The translations under genes were made by a program, and so were the position numbers. The notes beneath the pieces were generated by a model that had not been told where the DNA came from, made no database searches, and saw only the letters and a program-made list of their open reading frames with translations. From an uncultured SAR92 cluster bacterium (GTDB taxonomy: Bacteria > Pseudomonadota > Gammaproteobacteria > Pseudomonadales > Porticoccaceae): a DNA stretch of 64,000 nt. Below are positions 8,453 to 18,778 of this stretch, piece by piece. The DNA lies in contig CACJVE010000006.1 of NCBI GenBank assembly GCA_902596775.1, positions 5,962-69,961 on the forward strand, given 5' to 3'. Position 1 is the first letter of the stretch. The number at the start of each line of letters is the position of its first letter.

Positions 8453-9460
8453 CTATACCAGCCAGTGCATTCCCCTCTCAATGCACCACATCACTGAAAG
8501 CCCTCCTAATAAGTAAATAGATACCTGTCTTGAATACCTAATTAAATCCAAAGATGCGCTTTTTGCCATAAACCAAAGAATAAAAATGAGTGCCATAAAA
8601 CTCAACTGGCCTAGTTCTATTCCAATGTTAAAAGCGACAAGTGACAGAAAAATGCTCTCTTGAGGCAACCCAAATTCTAATAAAGCCCCAGCAAAACCTA
8701 AGCCATGAAGTAATCCAAACCCACCAGCTAATAGCCAAGGATGTCGCCAAAGATTTCCAACTTCACTATCTCTAGATAATTCAATAGCCAGGAAAAAAAT
8801 ACTCAAAGCGATGGCAAACTCAATCAGACCAGAGGACTCAGGTATGAAACCAAGAGTAATTATTGCAAGAGTAATACTGTGCCCAATGGTGAAAGCCGTA
8901 ATCGTAAAAACAAGTTGTTTTACTCCAACTATAAGAAGCATCAACCCAAACACGAACATCAAATGATCGATCCCAGATAAAATATGAGTGATTCCTAGTT
9001 TCGAATAGGCTGTAAGGACAGAAAAAACGTCCATTCGGTGGGGAACTACAAACTTTGATTTTCCAACCGACAATACCTCTTGATAGCGACGGCTATCGCG
9101 GAGATTAACAATCACTACCGCTGAGGTTTGAGTATCTCCTAAACCCTTAACACCGATGGTCTCACCTGATAGACTTTGGTTAGTGAAACTACAACTTAGC
9201 AAAAAGTTACTCACTGTCGTAGCCTCTGCTGCTTGTACTCTAGTTTGTCGATCAGTTTCGCATGAGCTTGGCCACTCAGGAGTCAGCATTGGCAATCCAT
9301 CTGGCCTGCTAGGAGTCTTCAAGACAGCACTATAGCGTGATCTTTCTTCAGTGACCTGTGGCAGTTCATTGATTTTTAAAAGCGAAGGTGCAAATTCGTG
9401 GCAGTATCCAAAGTCACTGGCGATCCAAAACAATGCAACTAAAAACCATGTTATTTTCAT
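8453..9460 (-). CDS. HupE/UreJ-family membrane protein with a ~150-aa N-terminal periplasmic extension
   Basis: 335 aa with a signal peptide. The C-terminal ~190 aa are polytopic and carry the HupE/UreJ-type motif HILSGIDHLMFVFGL plus repeated GxxxG/His TM segments. Confidence 0.65.
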   Translation of the reverse strand: MKITWFLVALFWIASDFGYCHEFAPSLLKINELPQVTEERSRYSAVLKTPSRPDGLPMLTPEWPSSCETDRQTRVQAAEATTVSNFLLSCSFTNQSLSGETIGVKGLGDTQTSAVVIVNLRDSRRYQEVLSVGKSKFVVPHRMDVFSVLTAYSKLGITHILSGIDHLMFVFGLMLLIVGVKQLVFTITAFTIGHSITLAIITLGFIPESSGLIEFAIALSIFFLAIELSRDSEVGNLWRHPWLLAGGFGLLHGLGFAGALLEFGLPQESIFLSLVAFNIGIELGQLSFMALIFILWFMAKSASLDLIRYSRQVSIYLLGGLSVMWCIERGMHWLV

Positions 9461-10380
9461 AAACGAATTTCGTATTGATTTCTCAATTCCTGAATAAACA
9501 TTTCAAGTGCTTGACCCTCACGTTCACTCATCGCTTCTGCCATAAGATCCTTGTAAGCTTCAGAAAAAGTTAAATCTCTACTCTGATTTATGCCGTCTAT
9601 CCAAACGAAATGATCTCCAAAAGATGAGGCAATTGGACCCACCCAAACATTTTCCCGAACACGTTTAGAGACTAACTGGGAAACAAACTTATTATCAAAC
9701 TGTCTCGACAGCTGCTCTGGACTGTGATCAATAAATTGATAGCCTGACAAGAAGGGATAACCTACTTCCCTAACATCATCAAAACTGACACCTGATAGAT
9801 CAAAGGAGGCCGCGAAGGCGCTCTTCTCACTAATGCGATCCTTAGGAAAGTAGATATGCCTAATCGAATATCGAGCTGGTGATTTAAAAGCGGATTCTTG
9901 ACGTCTAAACTCAGATAATAGCTCCTCATTTGTGGGAAGAGAGGGTGGATTTTGAGATAGGAACTGGCGCTCTAATTGCTGAACTAACCGCCTTCGTATC
10001 AGCTCATCAGTCTGATGCAACTGCATCGCCAAAGCCTGCTCGAAAATGGCATCATTAGAAGCTCCACTGTTCATTTCCAGGAATGACATAGTTCGGATTA
10101 ATCGATTGTAAACGAACTCATCACTAAGATGCAGTCCATCGGCAAGAGCTCGCCTAAAGAGTATCTCTCGATCTAGCTCAGTTGTAGCAAGAAATTTTTT
10201 TTGCTGTTGATTGGGAGGCCTGCCAGACTCAATTTCCCATTGATTTATCAATACAGCCATACGCTCCTGAGATACTGGACCAATAATCGGGAGTGGTGTT
10301 GGGTAAAATAATTGCTTTAAACAAAAAAGCATTACACCCAAAATCAGAAAGTGGGCCAAAGGCTTATCGTAGAAACTCAT
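9457..10380 (-). CDS. Membrane-anchored hypothetical protein (possibly a parvulin/PpiC-like fold)
   Basis: 307-aa ORF with one N-terminal TM helix. Its stop overlaps the downstream HupE-like start (ATGA overlap at 9457-9460), which suggests translational coupling. The functional call is from recollection of similar gene pairs only. Confidence 0.4.
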   Translation of the reverse strand: MSFYDKPLAHFLILGVMLFCLKQLFYPTPLPIIGPVSQERMAVLINQWEIESGRPPNQQQKKFLATTELDREILFRRALADGLHLSDEFVYNRLIRTMSFLEMNSGASNDAIFEQALAMQLHQTDELIRRRLVQQLERQFLSQNPPSLPTNEELLSEFRRQESAFKSPARYSIRHIYFPKDRISEKSAFAASFDLSGVSFDDVREVGYPFLSGYQFIDHSPEQLSRQFDNKFVSQLVSKRVRENVWVGPIASSFGDHFVWIDGINQSRDLTFSEAYKDLMAEAMSEREGQALEMFIQELRNQYEIRL

Positions 10381-10418
10381 TCTTTTGTGATCAAATTTAA
10401 AAAATTAGAGAAATCATA

Positions 10419-10889
10419 CTACTTATCAATATCCGCCACTGCCAGAAGGTTGTGTGATCTAAATGCTTCATACAACTTTAATGAGGGCGCCTTGACCTTT
10501 CTTGTCTGCAGATCAAAAAAAGCACCTTGACTAATGATTTTTGCCGATAGTTCACCCGCTTGATTATAAATTTCGAATATTCTTCGCCATTTCCGAAAAT
10601 TAATAGACTCAGGAAGCAAGACAACCGAAATGGTAATTTCCTCGTCCACAAACACTTCTCGAAAAAATTCAATGTTCGATGAAAAAACAATTGGTGCCGT
10701 TTGCTCTGCGGAAAAACAGTCATTCAAACCTAGTTCTCGGTGTAAATCCTGCAGAACATCGATAGCGATCTTGTAGTAACTTGATTCTGAAACATGCTGA
10801 TTGCAATCAATAAAATCTGGAGATACGATTCGCTTTTGAGTTATCAAATTTTTCTCACAAATATTTTTCGAGAAATTTTCTGAGATCAC
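10419..10889 (-). CDS. Hotdog-fold acyl-CoA thioesterase-like protein
   Basis: 156 aa. The N-terminal segment IVSPDFIDCNQHVSESSYYK resembles the 4HBT/YbgC motif (V..D.D..GHV.N..Y). It overlaps the upstream esterase stop by 35 nt. Confidence 0.45.
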   Translation of the reverse strand: MISENFSKNICEKNLITQKRIVSPDFIDCNQHVSESSYYKIAIDVLQDLHRELGLNDCFSAEQTAPIVFSSNIEFFREVFVDEEITISVVLLPESINFRKWRRIFEIYNQAGELSAKIISQGAFFDLQTRKVKAPSLKLYEAFRSHNLLAVADIDK

Positions 10890-11913
10890 CTAACGCGCCA
10901 TCATACTCTCGAGATCCTGGAACTCTCAGATAAGCGCCATGAGGCAGCCCTTCAAATATATTTAGGTCAGCTGTAACTCCTGCTTCTCGCAATTTTCTAT
11001 GCATCCGCACAGTATCGCTAAGTAAAGCATCTCGGGTTCCGGCTATTAGATATGTCGGCGGAAAATCCGTTACGTCTCCATAGAGAGGAGATATCAAAGG
11101 ATTCTTAGGGTCAAAAGCACCAGCATAAACTTTGAATGCGGCCTGTAAAAGGCCCTCCTTGGTGACCAATACATTATCTACATATTCATTTGTTATCCAG
11201 CTGTCGCCTGTAAATAGAAGGTCCACACTAGGTGTTCCCGCAAATAAAGCTCCCGGCAATTCAATATCCAAGCTCTTTAGTTTTAAAGTCGAGGAAAGCG
11301 CCAAGCCTCCTCCAGCTGAAGATCCACCCATTCCAATTCTGGAGGCTGGCAGTGTTTCATTAACCGCTTTATAGACAGTAATTATGTCATCTAAGGCTGC
11401 GGGAAAAGGTTGTGAAGTCGACAAAGTATAGTCGACAGATATAACGCCAATGCCTCCTGAGGACGCAATCATGGCGCCCTCTACAGCACTGAGGAGTCCT
11501 CCCATTTGAAAGTATGCACCTCCGTGAATGTGGACAAATAATCGACCATCCAGTTTCGAGTTCAGATTCAGAGGGTTTATGCGATAAACACCTACGCCGT
11601 TTATTTTATCTTGAGAGATCTGAACGTTAAAAGTAGTCTCAAGCATTTCCTCTGTTACTGGATTTTCCGCAGCAGTTTGGTCGGCCATCTTAATTAATTC
11701 ATCAAGAAAATTGTCGCCAAAAAGTTGCCCTCTTCTCTCAAATTGAGATGACCCTATTTCCCCTATCGCAAGTCGAGTCTCATCACTGAGACTTGATGCT
11801 GCCGTCAATTTTTTTTCTGGAACTATCCATAGATCTGGTACTGCCATATTTTCACCGACAAAAAAAAGACTAAATATAAAGACAAAAAACACATTTCTCA
11901 TAGTAACCCCCAA
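10855..11913 (-). CDS. Secreted alpha/beta-hydrolase esterase/lipase (HSL / family IV type)
   Basis: 352 aa with a signal peptide, the HGGAY oxyanion motif (HIHGGAYFQMGG), a GGSSAGGG nucleophile elbow (GxSxG), and C-terminal D...H (GTRDALL, LPHGAY). Confidence 0.85.
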   Translation of the reverse strand: MGVTMRNVFFVFIFSLFFVGENMAVPDLWIVPEKKLTAASSLSDETRLAIGEIGSSQFERRGQLFGDNFLDELIKMADQTAAENPVTEEMLETTFNVQISQDKINGVGVYRINPLNLNSKLDGRLFVHIHGGAYFQMGGLLSAVEGAMIASSGGIGVISVDYTLSTSQPFPAALDDIITVYKAVNETLPASRIGMGGSSAGGGLALSSTLKLKSLDIELPGALFAGTPSVDLLFTGDSWITNEYVDNVLVTKEGLLQAAFKVYAGAFDPKNPLISPLYGDVTDFPPTYLIAGTRDALLSDTVRMHRKLREAGVTADLNIFEGLPHGAYLRVPGSREYDGALGDLRKFLEKYL

Positions 11914-12147
11914 TCACTTAAAGTATGTCACTGAGTAATCTCTTAAATCATTTCAATACCTTATGTTTCAACAAGTTCCACTTATTAATAACTATTATCT
12001 ATTGACTAAGTTCAATCTATAAATAGACACACTTAAAATTTTACTTAATAGTGCCATAAGCTAAATGTTAGATATTAAGCGCGATCCCACATAAAGCACA
12101 GAGTGTAATAAAAAATCATTCAATCAATCACAGTTGAGAGGATAACA

Positions 12148-12555
12148 ATGAAATACATTAATGAGCTTAGAGGAACTGACCAACAGATCCAAGATCTTCT
12201 GAAAAAGGACGATGGAGGCCCGGTCTGTATGATTAACTTGATGAAGTTCCGAGAAAAAGCAAAGTACGAAGATGGGCGAGAAACTGATTTGACAGGAATT
12301 GAGGCCTACGATCTCTACGGTAAACCAACAGGCGAGCTAATTGCTGAGTTAGGAGGAGAAATTGTTTTTACCGCTGTCCTTAAAGGGATGGTGGTGGGGG
12401 AGGTAGAGGAGCTTTGGGATGTTATGGCCATTGCTAAATACCCTACGCTCCAATCATTTATTGATATGACATCATCGCCTATCTATCGAGAGGCATATCA
12501 CCATCGTATTGCGGGCTTGCAAGGCCAATTGAATATTGCGAGCACTCAAGTCTAA
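12148..12555 (+). CDS. DUF1330-domain protein
   Basis: 135 aa. The segments VCMINLMKFREKA and YPTLQSFIDMTSSPIYREAYHHR match the DUF1330 pattern. There is a strong SD (GAGAGGA) 6 nt upstream. Confidence 0.65.
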   Translation: MKYINELRGTDQQIQDLLKKDDGGPVCMINLMKFREKAKYEDGRETDLTGIEAYDLYGKPTGELIAELGGEIVFTAVLKGMVVGEVEELWDVMAIAKYPTLQSFIDMTSSPIYREAYHHRIAGLQGQLNIASTQV

Positions 12556-12585
12556 AATTAATTTTTTGCAGAGGAATCATAAGCA

Positions 12586-13890
12586 ATGCCTAATAATTTG
12601 AGAAACAAAGATAAAATATCATCATCTGATATGGCCTTCCTTGGCTTGCTTACCATTCTTAATATCTTGAATATGCTAGATCGAAATCTACTTTCAGCTT
12701 TTTCAAATTATATAGTCCCCGACTTGGGGCTGAGTAATTTTCAGTATGGTCTGCTCGCTGGTTTGGCCTTCACTGCGTTTTATTCAGTGGCAGGTTTGTA
12801 TATGGGCATGCTAGCCGATACAGTTAACAGGACTCGACTCATCAGTTTTGGTGTGACGCTCTGGTCTGCTCTGACAGCAGTATCGGGATATGCCTGGAAT
12901 TTTGTTAGCATGTTAGTTCCTAGGATGTTAATTGGTGTTGGTGAGTCTATTTTGACGCCTAGTGCAATGTCGCTCCTTGCTGACCGATTCCCCCAATCGA
13001 GACTGGGTTTTGCGGCAGGTTTTTACTATCTTGGCGCATCGATTGGTGCTGGGGGTAGTTTCTTACTTGCAGGATATCTCGGACCCGCTATAGGGTGGCG
13101 CAACTGCTTTTACTTACTGGGGGGTATTGGCCTCATTCTTGGCGCAATAGTTTTCTTTATTAGGGAAACACCTCGGCGTCATTTGGTTGATTCCGGAGAA
13201 AAAGCAAAGCTACCTAAAATTAAGGAAGTTGCAAAAATTGCAATGACTGCAATTCCAAAATCGCCTGCACTAATGGCTGCTATGGCAGGTGCAATGCTCT
13301 TTCATGTATTTATTAGCGCCGGTTACTATGATCAATTGTGGTTCGTTCAAGAACGTAATTTTGATAAAGACGAAATCTTAAAATTGACTGGATTCATAGG
13401 TTTAGCGGGAGGTCTAACTGGAAATTTTGTGGGTGGCATAGGTAGTGACTGGTTTGCAAAAAAAACCGGTTACGGGCGCCTTGTGTTCCTTTCCCTAGTT
13501 CTAATAATTTGCGCTCCATTCATAATAGCGTACCGACTATCTCCAGGTGACTCAGTCTGGATACCAGTCGGTTTGTTTGTGGGGATGTTTCAAATTGGAG
13601 CATTCTTTGGACCTTTTTTTGCAAGCATCCAAGGGCTAATCCCACCAGAAGTGCGCTCCACGGTCATCGCCTTCTCAATTTTCTTAATGAACGTGATCGG
13701 TATTGGCATCGGTATCACCCTGGCAGGATTATCGATAGATTTAATGATCTCTTATGGTATAGAGGAGCCCTACAGCCTAACATTGATAGGCTTCTCACTC
13801 TTCTCATTCCTTGCCATGCCGTGTTTTTTATTTGCCGGGCTTCGATATAATCATGATCGCGAGAAATTGAACATAACAGAATCTCTTTGA
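12586..13890 (+). CDS. MFS transporter (Spinster-like subfamily)
   Basis: 434 aa with ~12 predicted TM segments, the MFS loop motif GMLADTVNRTRL between TM2 and TM3, and PRMLIGVGES. Confidence 0.85.
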   Translation: MPNNLRNKDKISSSDMAFLGLLTILNILNMLDRNLLSAFSNYIVPDLGLSNFQYGLLAGLAFTAFYSVAGLYMGMLADTVNRTRLISFGVTLWSALTAVSGYAWNFVSMLVPRMLIGVGESILTPSAMSLLADRFPQSRLGFAAGFYYLGASIGAGGSFLLAGYLGPAIGWRNCFYLLGGIGLILGAIVFFIRETPRRHLVDSGEKAKLPKIKEVAKIAMTAIPKSPALMAAMAGAMLFHVFISAGYYDQLWFVQERNFDKDEILKLTGFIGLAGGLTGNFVGGIGSDWFAKKTGYGRLVFLSLVLIICAPFIIAYRLSPGDSVWIPVGLFVGMFQIGAFFGPFFASIQGLIPPEVRSTVIAFSIFLMNVIGIGIGITLAGLSIDLMISYGIEEPYSLTLIGFSLFSFLAMPCFLFAGLRYNHDREKLNITESL

Positions 13891-13959
13891 TAAAAAAGTG
13901 TTGTCGAAATTTGTAAAGCATTAACTCACCATCTAAAGGGCGCATAAAAAAGGTTTTAT

Positions 13960-14634
13960 TTAATCGAAACCGACGTAACTAAGAAACGTGCTGTTGTCAG
14001 CGCGAGTGGATCGAACATCATTAGCTGGAAAACCGTCAGCCGGATAACCCATCGCAATGCAGATCATAATATTTTGATCATCAGGTATATTAGCGTGCTT
14101 CCGTACTACATCTGACTGCATGATGCCTTGACCATTAATGACACAACCAACTCCTCGCTCCCAAGCAGCGAGAACAATTCCATAAGCCAGCGACCCTAAT
14201 CCAAAATGTGTGATCGCCGCAGGATCAAGGTACTTGTCATAAGTGAGGACAAGAGATACAGGTGCATCAAATTGACGGAATCCTCTTAACATCCAATCCA
14301 TTCGTTTTTCTTTATCATCCCGCTTTATATCCATCGCTTCAAAAAGCTGTACCGCAACGTCTATTTGATTCTGCCGATGGCCTGCCTCATATTCTTCTTT
14401 GTAAGGAAAGTCCCTTACATGGGGTTTTCCAGCGAGAGTATTCTTTGTATTTCCCTCACGAATTTTATCAAGGACATCTCCTGCTACTGCGTGAATGTGC
14501 CATGTTTGGGTATTATAGGAGGATGGTGCCCATTTAGCGGTCTCAATAATCTCTTCTATGACGCTCACAGGAATTGGGTCTGGTTTGAATCCCCTAGTGC
14601 TCTTGCGGGAACGTGCAAATGTTGAAAAATCCAT
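13960..14634 (-). CDS. Nitroreductase-family (FMN) oxidoreductase
   Basis: 224 aa with RKSTRGFKPDPIP (the nitroreductase N-terminal motif), APSSYNTQTW, and a C-terminal GYP motif. Confidence 0.85.
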   Translation of the reverse strand: MDFSTFARSRKSTRGFKPDPIPVSVIEEIIETAKWAPSSYNTQTWHIHAVAGDVLDKIREGNTKNTLAGKPHVRDFPYKEEYEAGHRQNQIDVAVQLFEAMDIKRDDKEKRMDWMLRGFRQFDAPVSLVLTYDKYLDPAAITHFGLGSLAYGIVLAAWERGVGCVINGQGIMQSDVVRKHANIPDDQNIMICIAMGYPADGFPANDVRSTRADNSTFLSYVGFD

Positions 14635-14713
14635 ATCAAGTCCTCTGATGTAAAATCGGTAGGTTAAATTATTCTTTTTTCAATGTCATTAGTGAGGTAC
14701 GAGTTCATTGGAA

Positions 14714-16525
14714 CTAGAAGTATTCATCACGCATATGAAAACAAGTGCCCTCATTAAGGTCAAGCAATGCGGCCGTCTGAATCGTCTGAGGTAACTCTCT
14801 ATTAATGAAGTAATTTGCGGCATACAGTTTACCTTGATAAAAGTTGACCTCTGAAATAATACCTTCACACTCATCAGAACCCAGCTTGCGCGAAGCTACT
14901 ATAGCTTGCTTTAGCCAAATCCATGCAATAACAAGCTGTCCAAACATATCTAAGTAAAGAGTGGCATTTGCAAGTCCTTTATCCGGATCATCTTTAATAG
15001 CTGATAATAGAGACCCAGTCACGTGACTTACTCTATCTATAGCCTCTCTTAATGGAGCAACTAAATCGGAAATTTCTGTTAGTTCCGCTGCCTCTAAACA
15101 TGTCGCCTCAATCAAATTAAGAAAATCTCGGTAACTTTGACCATTATTAAAGGATACCTTTCGCCCCAGCAAATCCAGACCATGAATGCCCTCGGTTCCC
15201 TCATGTATCGGATTGAGACGCTGATCGCGATACAGTTGTTCAACAGGATACTCCCTAATATAACCTGACCCTCCCAATACCTGAATAGCCAAATCATTGC
15301 TCATACAACCATATTTTGAAGGGAAAGATTTGACTACAGGGGTTAAGAAATCCAATAGCGCCGCTGCCTGCTCTCTTTCATGAGGGGACTCTGCTGTTTT
15401 CGAGTCCTCTGCCAAGGATGTGGCATACAAACATAGGGCCAAACTGCCTTCGGAATAAGACTTTTGGGTGATGAGCATACGCCTTACATCTGCATGCTCA
15501 ATAATCTTGACCTGAGGGGACAGCGGGTCTTTGTTCGATGGCAGGCGTCCTTGGGGCCTTTCACGCGCGTAATCCAGGGCATGGAGGTAACCTCTATATG
15601 CAATTGCTGATGCACCCAAACCAACACCAATTCTCAAGTCATTCATCATCTGAAACATATAACGAAGACCTTGATGTGGTTCTCCAACCAGATAGCCAAC
15701 CGCTCCATTCTTCTCACCAAAATTCAGGACCGTCGATGTTGCGCTGCGATTACCCATCTTGTGAAGTAACCCAGCTAGGGCAACATCATTTCTTTCTCCA
15801 ATCGTTCCATCACTATTAACTAAAAATTTGGGAACAATAAATAAAGAGATCCCTCGAGTGCCCTTGGGAGCTCCGTCAATCCTTGCTAAAACTAAATGGA
15901 CAATATTATCCGACAGTGTGTGGTCACCATTACTAATATAGATTTTCTGCCCATGGATAAGATAGGTATTATCAGACTGGATCGTCGCTGATGTGGCAAT
16001 ATCACCAAGTGTCGACCCCTGCGCGGGCTCTGTTAAAGCCATAGTTCCAGCGCTCCGACCATCCATCATCGAACTTAAAAATAAAGCCTTCTGTTGATCA
16101 TCGCCAAATGCTCTAATCACGTTACTAGCTGCCGCTGTAACGAAGTAGTATCCGCTACTGCCTGAATTTGCAGCTTGAATATACGTTCCACAAACCTTAC
16201 AAATTACCTCAGGTAATTGGACGCCCCCTTCATCAAAATCATAGCTTGCTCTAAGTAATCCAAACTCTGCCGTGGCATCCCACGCTGACTGTATCTCTGG
16301 AATTAATGAAACAGATTCACCATCAAACATAGGTTCATTGGCATCACCTTTTCGATAGTGATTTGAATAGTATTTTTCAGCAATGTTCTTTGCACCACTG
16401 ATGGTGGCATCAAAAGTCTCCTTTGAGTGCTCTGCATACCTCTCCCGCTTAAGAAGCGAGCTGGTATCGAGAAACTCATAGAGTAAAAAATCAACATCAC
16501 GCTGATTCAAAGTTACCGGATTCAT
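14714..16525 (-). CDS. Large (~600 aa) acyl-CoA dehydrogenase with extra N- and C-terminal domains
   Basis: ACAD core motifs are present (GTMALTEPQ-like MALTEPAQGS, IFIVPK, YRDQRLNPIHEGTEGI). The start is placed at MNPVTLNQRDVDFLLYEFLD (16525). The ORF is open to 16633. Confidence 0.9.
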   Translation of the reverse strand: MNPVTLNQRDVDFLLYEFLDTSSLLKRERYAEHSKETFDATISGAKNIAEKYYSNHYRKGDANEPMFDGESVSLIPEIQSAWDATAEFGLLRASYDFDEGGVQLPEVICKVCGTYIQAANSGSSGYYFVTAAASNVIRAFGDDQQKALFLSSMMDGRSAGTMALTEPAQGSTLGDIATSATIQSDNTYLIHGQKIYISNGDHTLSDNIVHLVLARIDGAPKGTRGISLFIVPKFLVNSDGTIGERNDVALAGLLHKMGNRSATSTVLNFGEKNGAVGYLVGEPHQGLRYMFQMMNDLRIGVGLGASAIAYRGYLHALDYARERPQGRLPSNKDPLSPQVKIIEHADVRRMLITQKSYSEGSLALCLYATSLAEDSKTAESPHEREQAAALLDFLTPVVKSFPSKYGCMSNDLAIQVLGGSGYIREYPVEQLYRDQRLNPIHEGTEGIHGLDLLGRKVSFNNGQSYRDFLNLIEATCLEAAELTEISDLVAPLREAIDRVSHVTGSLLSAIKDDPDKGLANATLYLDMFGQLVIAWIWLKQAIVASRKLGSDECEGIISEVNFYQGKLYAANYFINRELPQTIQTAALLDLNEGTCFHMRDEYF

Positions 16526-16777
16526 ATTAAAGGGACCTATTGTCTCCACGTCTGCAAGACGCACCAAACATTTATATGACGTATTGAGCGTGATTTTGTA
16601 GATCAGGTCTAACTCCTTTTGGCTATTAAGCAATAAGTGATTTTTATAGATGACGAGCGTGATTTGATAATGATTGGTTATAAGCTTGAAATTAGAAAAA
16701 AATAGACAGAATAGAATTTAATATGTAAGAAGATATGAAATCTACTCCACCGTGATTGAATTGATTTGTTTGGTGCA

Positions 16778-16903
16778 TTAATCTTCCTTGTAATTCTCTT
16801 CTAGAATTCCTTTTTCTTTTAGTTTGCTTGTTAGTTTCTGAACCCGAATAAATGCTATCAGTCCAAACACAAATCCCAGTATTCCCCATACGTCTATTTC
16901 CAT
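16778..16903 (-). CDS. Possible 41-aa single-TM small protein downstream of glmS
   Basis: Manual translation gives MEIDVWGILGFVFGLIAFIRVQKLTSKLKEKGILEENYKED. It has a hydrophobic helix plus a basic/acidic tail. There is no clear SD, and it is below the ORF-track length cutoff. Confidence 0.25.
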   Translation of the reverse strand: MEIDVWGILGFVFGLIAFIRVQKLTSKLKEKGILEENYKED

Positions 16904-16933
16904 AATTTTTTCTATTTAATGCACCATTTAAAT

Positions 16934-18766
16934 CTACTCTACCGTAACTGACTTTGCCAAGTTCCTCGGCTGATCCACATCAGTTCCCTTTAGACAAGCC
17001 ACATGATAGGAGAGAAGTTGCAAAGGGATAGTATATAAAATAGCCTCGAGCGAGCTAGGAATTGATGGTATCTCAATAATTGATATGCCAGGCATGTCTA
17101 TAAACTGAGAGTCTTGATCAGCAAAGACAAAAAGTTCTCCGCCTCTCGCTTGCACTTCATGTAAATTAGATTTTAATTTCTCAAAAAGCTCATTGTTGGG
17201 AGCTATTGCAACAACTGGCATGTTCTCATCAACAAGTGCCAATGGCCCGTGTTTTAACTCACCTGAGGGATAGGCTTCTGCATGGATATATGATATTTCT
17301 TTTAATTTCAATGCGCCTTCCAATGCTACTGGATAATGTTCGCCTCGACCCAAAAACAAAGCATGGTTTTTATCAGCAAAAGACTCTGCCATCTCCTTAA
17401 TTTTAAAATCTAGATTTAGAATTTTTTCCGCCAACCGAGGCAATCTCTTTAAATCTTTTACCCATTTTGTTTCGAAAGATCGATTACTAGCGCGAGCTAA
17501 TGATAAAGAAAAAGTCAGCAACTGAAGAACCACTAACTGCGTTGTAAACGCCTTGGTCGAGGCAACCCCTATTTCAGGACCCGCCATGGTCATCAGTGAT
17601 AAATCAGACTCTCTCACTAAGGTCGAGTTAGCAACGTTACAGATAGCCAAAAACCCAATATAATTTTTGGAGTTTTTTGCCTTCCTAAATGCTGCCAGAG
17701 TATCTGCTGTTTCACCAGATTGAGATATTGTTACAAACATTGTGTTTTTTGGAATTATTAAATTTCTATATCTATATTCGCTTGCGACTTCTACCTGACA
17801 AGGTACCTTAGCCAAATCTTCTAACCAATACTTAGCAATTAGCCCAGAATGATAGCTTGTGCCGCAAGCAACGATGTGTATATTCTCGATCTCCTTAAAA
17901 ATTTCACGAGCCTTATGGCCGAAAATAGATTGCATGATTTTCGATCCTGAAATTCTTCCATTTAAGCACTCATCAATAACCCTAGGTTGCTCAAATATTT
18001 CTTTAAGCATGAAATGCTTGTACTCACCCTTTTCGGAAAGAAAATCTGACTCATTTAACTGATTTATTTCTCTTTCAACCAATTCGCCATTATCATCGAA
18101 GATTGATATTTCATTTTTAGAAACTTCGGCTACATCGCCCTCTTCGAGATAGATAAAGCGGTCTGTCACTTGTCGAAGCGCCATTTGATCTGATGCCATA
18201 AAATGTTCACCAATACCTAATCCAATTACCAGAGGACTTCCACTTCTAGCCCCAATCATTTTGTCCGGATAATCTTCTGAAATCACGCAGATTGCATAAG
18301 CTCCCTCTAATCTGGGGAGAGTTTTATTGACAGCTTCTTTCAGTGAACCAGTTTCAGATGCATAAAACTCGATAAGATGAGCAATTACTTCACTATCTGT
18401 CTCGGAGGATAAAGTAGCACCTCTATCTCTGAGTTCTTCCTTAAGAAGATTATGATTTTCAATAATTCCATTATGCACTACGGAAATAGAGCCAGAGGTA
18501 TGCGGATGGGAATTTGCACTACTTGGAGCTCCATGTGTCGCCCATCGAGTATGGGCTATCCCCAAGCCGCCATTTGGAATCTCACCATTGAACAAATCTT
18601 CTAAATCAGCAACTCTGCCAATGGTTTTTTGAGTATTAAGACATGAATTTGCATCAATTAGAGATAACCCAGCGGAATCATAGCCCCTATACTCAAGGCG
18701 TTTTAATCCTTCAATTAAGATACCAAACACATCCCGGTTACATGCTGCCCCAACTATTCCACACAT
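16934..18766 (-). CDS. glmS: Glutamine--fructose-6-phosphate aminotransferase
   Basis: 610 aa with the MCGIVGA N-terminal nucleophile, two SIS domains, and the C-terminal ...DQPRNLAKSVTVE. Confidence 0.97.
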   Translation of the reverse strand: MCGIVGAACNRDVFGILIEGLKRLEYRGYDSAGLSLIDANSCLNTQKTIGRVADLEDLFNGEIPNGGLGIAHTRWATHGAPSSANSHPHTSGSISVVHNGIIENHNLLKEELRDRGATLSSETDSEVIAHLIEFYASETGSLKEAVNKTLPRLEGAYAICVISEDYPDKMIGARSGSPLVIGLGIGEHFMASDQMALRQVTDRFIYLEEGDVAEVSKNEISIFDDNGELVEREINQLNESDFLSEKGEYKHFMLKEIFEQPRVIDECLNGRISGSKIMQSIFGHKAREIFKEIENIHIVACGTSYHSGLIAKYWLEDLAKVPCQVEVASEYRYRNLIIPKNTMFVTISQSGETADTLAAFRKAKNSKNYIGFLAICNVANSTLVRESDLSLMTMAGPEIGVASTKAFTTQLVVLQLLTFSLSLARASNRSFETKWVKDLKRLPRLAEKILNLDFKIKEMAESFADKNHALFLGRGEHYPVALEGALKLKEISYIHAEAYPSGELKHGPLALVDENMPVVAIAPNNELFEKLKSNLHEVQARGGELFVFADQDSQFIDMPGISIIEIPSIPSSLEAILYTIPLQLLSYHVACLKGTDVDQPRNLAKSVTVE

Positions 18767-18778
18767 AAATTAATACTC

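Noticed and set aside
14714-16525. Considered calling the ~600-aa acyl-CoA dehydrogenase DmdC (DMSP demethylation pathway).
   Set aside because: The three-domain architecture is shared by many paralogous ACADs, no dmdA/B/D neighbours are present, and the question cannot be decided without phylogeny.
1-16600. Impression that the accessory block has a higher GC content than the core, suggesting horizontal acquisition.
   Set aside because: Spot counts of 60-nt samples gave overlapping values: 30-50 percent in glmS and atp, and 48-50 percent in two spot samples of the accessory genes (HLD, DUF3604). No tRNA, integrase or direct-repeat boundaries are present. A windowed GC and codon-usage calculation would be needed, so no claim is made.
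16634-16933. Region downstream of glmS, checked as the classical attTn7 insertion site for a Tn7-like element or cargo.
   Set aside because: Only 300 nt separate glmS from the next gene. There are no Tns genes or terminal repeats, so the site appears unoccupied. The track ORF 16692-16889 is in a different frame from the more plausible 41-aa TM ORF and has no features.
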